A stretch of DNA of 61,166 nt, taken from positions 1 through 61,166 of the forward strand of contig DAIESS010000002.1 of assembly GCA_027346135.1 (NCBI GenBank), written 5' to 3'. Positions 17,962 through 23,323 of the stretch are shown here, one piece after another. Every line of letters starts with the position of its first letter. The stretch's first letter is position 1. The position numbers were made by a program, and so were the translations under genes. The notes beneath the pieces were generated by a model. The model was given only the letters and a program-made list of their open reading frames with translations, made no database searches and had not been told where the DNA came from. Origin of the DNA: Candidatus Saccharimonadota bacterium. GTDB taxonomy: Bacteria > Patescibacteriota > Saccharimonadia > Saccharimonadales > UBA4665.

Positions 17962-18714
17962 ATGATAAGCTACGAAAAAGTTCAACAACAGCTCAAAGAT
18001 CTGCGTATTAATGTTAACGGTTGGGGTCGAACCGAATACGGCGAGCTGTGCAATATTTTGGCCCCCAACGAGGCCATCGAAGAGTGTGTCAACGGTTATT
18101 ACGAAGCAGGGTTTGCTTTACTGGTTGCCACCAAAAATCGGTTACTAATTGTCGATAAAAAACCGCTCAATTATCTCACGGTTGAAGATATGCGCTTTGA
18201 TATGATTAACGAATTCGACTACCAACACCGCTTGTTTGGTGCTCAGATTAAAGTTAGCGCGGGCTTTAAGACGCTGCACTTTACCAGCCTTAACCAGGTT
18301 CGGTTACGCCGCGTACTGGGCTATGTCCAGACACGAATGACCCAGATAAAAGAGGAGCAGCAGACCCAGCAAGAAGCACAAGAACGGCATCTTGATCAGA
18401 TGAACAAGCAGCTTGAAATGTACTTGCAGCTTCAACAACTGCAGCAGCAACAATATTTTCAACAGGCTCAACGGCAGCCATTGCCTTATGGAAACGAGTG
18501 GCAGCAGCAACCTTCATATACGTCTCAGCAGATGAGCATGCCGCAGCCAAACCCTAACCCCAATGTTAACAATGATCAACCGCATATCATTACGCCGCAG
18601 CAATTAGGCATTGCGGCCATGAAACGGGTAATTCCAGTTATTAGCGCCTATACGCGCTTGCCACTGTTGAGCCAGCGTCATCGCTTCCAGGCTCAGCCGG
18701 GATCGGTTCGATAA
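17962..18714 (+). CDS. bacterial PH-domain (YokE-like) protein with a Q/N/P-rich C-terminal region
   Basis: NEAIEECVNGYYEAGFALLVATKNRLLIVDKKP pattern. Then QLQQLQQQQYFQQAQRQ..PQPNPNPNVNN. Confidence 0.5.
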   Translation: MISYEKVQQQLKDLRINVNGWGRTEYGELCNILAPNEAIEECVNGYYEAGFALLVATKNRLLIVDKKPLNYLTVEDMRFDMINEFDYQHRLFGAQIKVSAGFKTLHFTSLNQVRLRRVLGYVQTRMTQIKEEQQTQQEAQERHLDQMNKQLEMYLQLQQLQQQQYFQQAQRQPLPYGNEWQQQPSYTSQQMSMPQPNPNPNVNNDQPHIITPQQLGIAAMKRVIPVISAYTRLPLLSQRHRFQAQPGSVR

Positions 18715-18740
18715 TTTTCAAATTTTTGTGCAGTTAAAGC

Positions 18741-19844
18741 TTATTTAGTGACGTTGAATTTGAATTCCACGACATCGTTCGGCTGCATGACGTAAGTTTT
18801 GCCTTCGGTACGGACTTTGCCGGCGGCCTTGGCGGCAGCTAGCGGCGAGCCATTGGTCTGGTCGGCGCTTAGGGAGATGAGATCGTTGTAGTCGATAATT
18901 TGAGCGGCGATGAAGCCTTTCTCGAAGTCGCCGTGAATAACGCCCGCGGCTTGCGGGGCGGTAGCGCCCTTGTGAACCGTCCAGGCCCGTACCTCTTTTT
19001 CGCCAGCGGTAAGATAACTTTGCAAGCCAAGCGTGGCATAGGCGGCATGTATAAGTTGGATTAAGCCAGATTCCTTTACGCCATAGCTTTCGAGTAGTTC
19101 AGCGGCATCGGTGGCATCTAAGCTGCGCAGCTCACTTTCCAATTTGGCACAGACAAACAGGGCGGGTGACGGCGCAACCAATTCACGTAGTTTTTGCTGG
19201 TGGGCGGTGTCGGTCAAACCGTCTTCGTCAAGATTGAATACATATATTACTGGCTTAGCGGTTAACAACTGAAGGTCGGCAATGTGCTCGCGGTCGATGT
19301 CTGGTTGACTCCAGATGGGCTGGCCGCTGTCGAGCAGAGTGCGAACTTGTAAAATCGTGTCGAGTACGGGCTTTAATTTCGGGTTAGCTCGGGCTTCTTT
19401 TTCGAATTTATTAAGTCGGTTAGTAACGGTTTGTAAGTCGGCCAGGACCAATTCGGTGTTAATGACATCGATGTCTTTAGCCGGGTCGTGTTGCTCGTCG
19501 ACATGTTGAACGTTAGGGTCGTCAAAGGCCCGTACAACCTGCACGATGGCGTTCGTACTACGGATATGGCTCAAAAATTGATTACCCAGACCTTCACCCT
19601 TACTGGCGCCGGCTACCAGTCCAGCAATATCAACAAAGCTAACCGTTGCTGGAACGATATTGTTAGTTTTGTACAAAGAGGCTAGCTTTGTCAGCCGCTC
19701 ATCCGGTACGGGTACTATGCCGGTATTTGGTTCGATAGTCGCAAACGGATAATTAGCCGCCAGAATGTTGCTGTCGGTTAGGGCATTAAACAACGTGGAT
19801 TTACCAACGTTGGGCAAGCCGACGATGCCAATGGATAAGCTCAT
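18741..19844 (-). CDS. ychF: redox-regulated ATPase YchF
   Basis: IGIVGLPNVGKSTLFNALT and a C-terminal TGS-like domain. Confidence 0.95.
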   Translation of the reverse strand: MSLSIGIVGLPNVGKSTLFNALTDSNILAANYPFATIEPNTGIVPVPDERLTKLASLYKTNNIVPATVSFVDIAGLVAGASKGEGLGNQFLSHIRSTNAIVQVVRAFDDPNVQHVDEQHDPAKDIDVINTELVLADLQTVTNRLNKFEKEARANPKLKPVLDTILQVRTLLDSGQPIWSQPDIDREHIADLQLLTAKPVIYVFNLDEDGLTDTAHQQKLRELVAPSPALFVCAKLESELRSLDATDAAELLESYGVKESGLIQLIHAAYATLGLQSYLTAGEKEVRAWTVHKGATAPQAAGVIHGDFEKGFIAAQIIDYNDLISLSADQTNGSPLAAAKAAGKVRTEGKTYVMQPNDVVEFKFNVTK

Positions 19845-19872
19845 AATTTATATTGTAACAGAGGCAAAATAG

Positions 19873-19901
19873 TTGACAAAACATAATAGTTTTGCTATTA
19901 T
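19873..19901 (+). promoter_or_regulatory. unit A promoter
   Basis: TTGACA-17 nt-TATTAT. Confidence 0.55.
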
Positions 19902-20000
19902 ACGGCCGAACTGTTGGAATAGTGGCGGCACTATTACTCTTTGGAGTTCCGTATTTTTAGTACGATGATGGTCGTGCTGCTTGCCAACGTTCGTTTATTT

Positions 20001-20015
20001 AACATGTCAGATTGT
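20001..20015. repeat. inverted repeat L1 (AACATGTCAGATTGT)
   Basis: Exact reverse complement of 20496-20510. Confidence 0.9.
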
Positions 20016-20181
20016 CCGGATATTTAGACGAGAGTTTAAGTGTCTAGTGTCACAGCAGGCGCACGACCGAGAGTCGCACACTTCCTGTGATACTAAACCC
20101 CGGTGTTTGGTTGCTCACTGATGTAAACCATGATTTTGACCCATCCCGAGTCAAACGTGGCGATTTACGAAAGGACACACC

Positions 20182-20322
20182 ATGAACACGAGCGTCAAGA
20201 ACATCGTCATGCCTGTCCGCAAGGTCGGCACGAAGGTCGGCGTCGCCGTCACGGCAGTGGTCACCGCAACTGCTGGCGTCATCGAGCTGATCCTTACTGG
20301 GGGAAACTACCCCTGGAACTGA
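20182..20322 (+). CDS. 46-aa hydrophobic peptide (MNTSVKNIVMPVRKVGTKVGVAVTAVVTATAGVIELILTGGNYPWN), payload of unit A
   Basis: The ATG sits at the same position behind the shared CGAAAGG RBS as the unit B gene. Contains one predicted TM helix. Below the ORF-track cutoff. Confidence 0.45.
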   Translation: MNTSVKNIVMPVRKVGTKVGVAVTAVVTATAGVIELILTGGNYPWN

Positions 20323-20379
20323 TCGCTCTCTACGAACGCCGTTGCTGTTGGCTGACAACATATCGGCGTTTGTGTCGTT

Positions 20380-20451
20380 GGGCTAAGAGGCGGTGGACAT
20401 TCGTCCATCCAAAAGACGCGGTTCCAAACCGTACGTCCACCCCTCTAGCCC
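20380..20451 (+). other. conserved 3' hairpin module, unit A
   Basis: GGGCTAAGAGGCGGTGGAC .. GTCCACCCCTCTAGCCC gives 17 bp with two bulges. Inner hairpins are TGGAC-attc-GTCCA and GACGCGG..CCGTACGTC. Confidence 0.6.
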
Positions 20452-20495
20452 TGACGGCCCCCTTACACCCCAACCCTCACTCTCCTCAACAATCC

Positions 20496-20510
20496 ACAAT
20501 CTGACATGTT
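20496..20510. repeat. inverted repeat R1 (ACAATCTGACATGTT)
   Basis: Reverse complement of L1. Confidence 0.9.
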
Positions 20511-20614
20511 TCTTTCCATATTTTTGAAAGTTCAGAGTTTATCTGGGTTTGAATAACATGTGGAAGCAACTTCAACCGCCGGTTCACTAGGGCCCTGTAA
20601 CAGAGGCGAGATGG

Positions 20615-20643
20615 TTGACAAAACATAAAAGTTTTAGTATGAT
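20615..20643 (+). promoter_or_regulatory. unit B promoter (lies between R1 and L2)
   Basis: TTGACA-17 nt-TATGAT. Confidence 0.55.
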
Positions 20644-20740
20644 ACAACAGCAATTTTGGAATTGTAGAGGCATTAGTATTATTTTGAGCGCCGTACGCAT
20701 GTACGATGACGCTCGTGCAGCTAACCAAAGTTCGCACATT

Positions 20741-20755
20741 AACATGTCAGATTGC
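20741..20755. repeat. inverted repeat L2 (AACATGTCAGATTGC)
   Basis: Exact reverse complement of 22672-22686. Confidence 0.9.
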
Positions 20756-20936
20756 AAAGATATATTAGCTGGATTTTTGAGTGTCTAGTATCGCAGCAGG
20801 TGCACGACAAATTATCGTTAATGGTCGCACTCTTACTGTGATACTGGACACCACATTGTGTTTGGTCAATCACGGCATGACACCATGATTTTGACTCATC
20901 CCGAGCCAAAACGTGGCTACCCGAAAGGGAACCCTC

Positions 20937-21809
20937 ATGAAGGACGGAAATCAGCTTGCCCGAAAGGCACTGGAGCTGCGCTTCAGCCTTTCCCGGGTGA
21001 TCGGTGGGCTTGTTGTGGCAATTGTCGGTTGCGTCGCCCTCGTCATGGGGACGAGCTTCACCGCCGATGCCGCCACGACCGTGACCACGGTGACCGCTTC
21101 GTACGCGGCCCCCACGGTGCAGTGCTCGCCGCTCGCGGTGGTCATCCCCAGTTCGCCTGGGTACGACTACTACATGTCGACCGGGCGCACCGGCTTCACG
21201 CTGGTGGCGGCTGGCAGCTACCCCGTGTCGACATCCGACCTCCCGGTCGGTGTATCGGTGCGACTGGCTGGTTCATCGCCCGATGGGCCCCCGCTGCAGT
21301 TCTGGGACCTGAGCGCGGACATCACGGCCTGTGGCACGACGACGTCAACAACGCCGCCGACGACCACCACGACCACTCCGCCGGTCACGACCACCACGTC
21401 GCCGCCGACGACCACCACGACCACGACAACGCCACCGACGACGACGTCAACAACGCCGCCGACGACCACCACGACCACTCCGCCGGTCACGACGACAACG
21501 ACGCACACCACGTCAACGACGCCGCCCACGGTGACTTCGACCTCTACGTCGTCTACGACTCCGGTCGTGACGAAGACGACCAAGACGTCGTCTCACGTAG
21601 TGGTCGTGGGGCACGGCAACAACCGCAACACCCCGAGTTCCACCTCGACCTCCGCCTCGCGTGCAGCGGGCGTGGGTACGGGTGGTCAGCTCGATGCAAC
21701 CAAGACCAGCAGCAGCTTCCCGCTGCTCCCGGTCGGTCTCATCGCCGCCGGCCTCCTGCTGGCAGCGACAGGCCTGAGGAAGCCCCAGCGTGTCAGGGCG
21801 ACACGCTGA
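20937..21809 (+). CDS. secreted Thr/Pro-rich surface protein with a sortase-type C-terminal anchor architecture
   Basis: Signal peptide (..VALVMGTSFTADA), TTPPTTTTT repeats, and a C-terminal hydrophobic helix plus RKPQRVRATR tail. ATG 20937 was chosen by homology with the unit A RBS/ATG. GC-rich. Confidence 0.75.
   Translation: MKDGNQLARKALELRFSLSRVIGGLVVAIVGCVALVMGTSFTADAATTVTTVTASYAAPTVQCSPLAVVIPSSPGYDYYMSTGRTGFTLVAAGSYPVSTSDLPVGVSVRLAGSSPDGPPLQFWDLSADITACGTTTSTTPPTTTTTTPPVTTTTSPPTTTTTTTTPPTTTSTTPPTTTTTTPPVTTTTTHTTSTTPPTVTSTSTSSTTPVVTKTTKTSSHVVVVGHGNNRNTPSSTSTSASRAAGVGTGGQLDATKTSSSFPLLPVGLIAAGLLLAATGLRKPQRVRATR
21339..21493 (+). repeat. tandem repeat, 53-bp perfect copies with a 102-bp period
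   Basis: ACGACGTCAACAACGCCGCCGACGACCACCACGACCACTCCGCCGGTCACGAC occurs at 21339 and 21441. Confidence 0.85.
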
Positions 21810-22569
21810 GCACAGCGGTCACCGCTGGCTCAACTGGTCGGTAGCCCTCGGAGTAACCCTGGTTATGCTGGGGATGGTCCTTTGGGCTACCGGCCAACTG
21901 GGGACAGTTGCTGGAAGTAGCGCTTCGGCTCAGCCGACGCGAACCTTGCCAGTAACACCCTCAGGTTCGGCGGTGCCGCCAACGTCGTCTTCGTCGACGA
22001 CCACTGGTGCGCCGCGACCCGCGACGACACCAACACCAACTCACAAGGCAAAATCGACGACGGCTACTCCGCCATCAGCGGTAACTTCGCACAGAATTGT
22101 CTCGGTCGAGATTCCTGCTATTGGGGTCAAGGCCAAGGCAAGCGGAGGCATCGTGCCAACGGCGTCATCGCGCTGCGAGGGTAGTGGCGTAGCTATCTGC
22201 TACGACCCACCGGTGTTAACCGAGGTGGCCTGGGGCTCGCTCTGCGCGCTACCAAGCATCCCCTCGCACGACACCGTGTGTCTGTTTGGTCACAGTAATC
22301 GCTTCTATCCGGACAGGCAGGTCTTCAACGACCTACCCAAGCTACGGACTGGCGACAAAATCATCGTGACGACAGACACGGCGGTTTTCATCTACCGGAT
22401 GGATAAAAACCCGATTTGGGTAAACTTCAACCGTGTAAGTGAGTCCGACTGGGTTTGGGCGAAAGTTCCGAACCGACTCGTTGCCATTACGTGCACGATT
22501 GGCTCCAGTAGCTATACGGGAGCAACCGTCGCGGAGGCGACAATCGTGTCGGTTCGGCCGCTGGGCTAA
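21790..22569 (+). CDS. sortase-family transpeptidase
   Basis: N-terminal TM, Pro/Thr linker, LFGHSN (His), LRTGDKIIV, and LVAITCT (Cys). Overlaps the upstream gene by 20 nt. GC-rich. Confidence 0.72.
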   Translation: MSGRHAEHSGHRWLNWSVALGVTLVMLGMVLWATGQLGTVAGSSASAQPTRTLPVTPSGSAVPPTSSSSTTTGAPRPATTPTPTHKAKSTTATPPSAVTSHRIVSVEIPAIGVKAKASGGIVPTASSRCEGSGVAICYDPPVLTEVAWGSLCALPSIPSHDTVCLFGHSNRFYPDRQVFNDLPKLRTGDKIIVTTDTAVFIYRMDKNPIWVNFNRVSESDWVWAKVPNRLVAITCTIGSSSYTGATVAEATIVSVRPLG

Positions 22570-22634
22570 GAGGCGGTGGACGTTTGTCCATTTAAAAGAC
22601 GCGGCTAACGCCGTACGTTCACCCCCTCTGGCTC
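22563..22634 (+). other. conserved 3' hairpin module, unit B
   Basis: The 5' arm is identical to unit A. The 3' arm carries three substitutions that all keep pairing as G-U wobble. Confidence 0.6.
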
Positions 22635-22671
22635 TGGTGGTATATATCACTCTTGCCTTAATCGGCAGCCC

Positions 22672-22686
22672 GCAATCTGACATGTT
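22672..22686. repeat. inverted repeat R2 (GCAATCTGACATGTT)
   Basis: Reverse complement of L2. Confidence 0.9.
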
Positions 22687-22796
22687 TTCCTCCATAATTT
22701 TGAAAGTTCAGAAGCCTTCTGGGTTTGAATAAATATATGGAAGAGGCCGAAGCATGGCCTATTCTTATTGTGCTTGTGGTTTGGTATAGTACATCT

Positions 22797-23321
22797 ATGA
22801 GTGAAATTGTGCTCGACCCAGAGACGGCCGCTAGAAATAAACATCGTCTGCACATAAACCCTCGAACGATGTTGCTGGTTTTGGCCTTGCTAGTATTAGT
22901 GGGTATTGGTTGGGGTGTGCAGTATGTGCTGTTACACCGGACTACAAAGCCTAAGAACACGGTCGCCGATACGTCGCAGAATAGTAGTTATGCCCAATCG
23001 CTCAACGACTGGCGTCAAAAGTTAGCCGCCGCTAAAACGCCGCAGGAAAAGAGCGCTGCTCACCAGGGTTTGGCCAATGTCGAAAGTGCCCAGGGTAATA
23101 ACACGGCTGCTCTAGCCGATGCCCAGGCTGCGGTCAGCAGTGACGGCACCTCTTATGCTGCCTATGCCGTTCTGGCAATGGTAAAAATGCAGGCAGGGGA
23201 CAATGCCGGAGCAATTGCAGCTTATAAAAAAGCTGCGGAACTCGCTCGTGCCACGGGCACGCCGGAAGGTATTCGTGGCGCAAGTGATTACGAAATAATG
23301 GCAGCGAGCGTGGGGCGCTAG
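22797..23321 (+). CDS. membrane-anchored TPR-like protein
   Basis: TM helix (MLLVLALLVLVGIGWG) followed by Ala-rich helical repeats. ATG 22797 lies 6 nt after TATAGT. The ORF-track TTG 22725 lies in the repeat module. Confidence 0.5.
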   Translation: MSEIVLDPETAARNKHRLHINPRTMLLVLALLVLVGIGWGVQYVLLHRTTKPKNTVADTSQNSSYAQSLNDWRQKLAAAKTPQEKSAAHQGLANVESAQGNNTAALADAQAAVSSDGTSYAAYAVLAMVKMQAGDNAGAIAAYKKAAELARATGTPEGIRGASDYEIMAASVGR

Positions 23322-23323
23322 CG

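Larger units (their letters stand above)
19854..20566 (+). repeat. modular cassette unit A (promoter, 5'UTR module, payload, 3' module)
   Basis: Aligns block by block with 20596-22743 except for the payload. Confidence 0.8.
20596..22743 (+). repeat. modular cassette unit B
   Basis: Same 5' and 3' modules as unit A around a different payload. Confidence 0.8.

Noticed and set aside
20050-20361. 103-aa minus-strand ORF across the unit A leader and payload
   Set aside because: No RBS or promoter. It crosses conserved sense-strand RNA modules, and its composition is a GC-rich artefact.
20380-20451. The 72-nt 3' module read as a tRNA or tRNA-like gene (GGTTCCAAACC resembles a T-arm)
   Set aside because: It folds as one long bulged helix rather than a cloverleaf. 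It has no D-arm or anticodon arm, and the loop is not conserved in unit B.
20130-20504. 124-aa ORF (MILTHPESNVAIYERTHHEHERQ..) spanning unit A
   Set aside because: Arg/His/Pro-rich translation typical of an open off-frame in GC-rich DNA. It runs through the 3' hairpin and IR modules. Only its first few codons (the MILTHPE uORF) are conserved with unit B.
20001-20510. IS element, MITE or transposon explanation for the IR-bounded units
   Set aside because: There is no transposase and no target-site duplication next to the IRs. Homology between units extends well outside the IRs on both sides.
21218-21583. Antisense 121-aa V/G-rich ORF and sense 67-aa R/P-rich ORF (21331-21534)
   Set aside because: These are shadow frames of the ACC/ACG/CCG repeat.
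20858-21844. 328-aa ORF overlapping the surface-protein gene in another frame
   Set aside because: Low-complexity R/H/D/G translation (HDHDN.., ADDHHDH..) with no signal or domain logic. The alternative frame gives a coherent signal peptide, repeats and anchor.
19854-22743. Diversity-generating retroelement (template/variable repeat) explanation for the duplicated modules
   Set aside because: There is no reverse transcriptase in the window. Differences between the copies are not adenine-specific and include indels.
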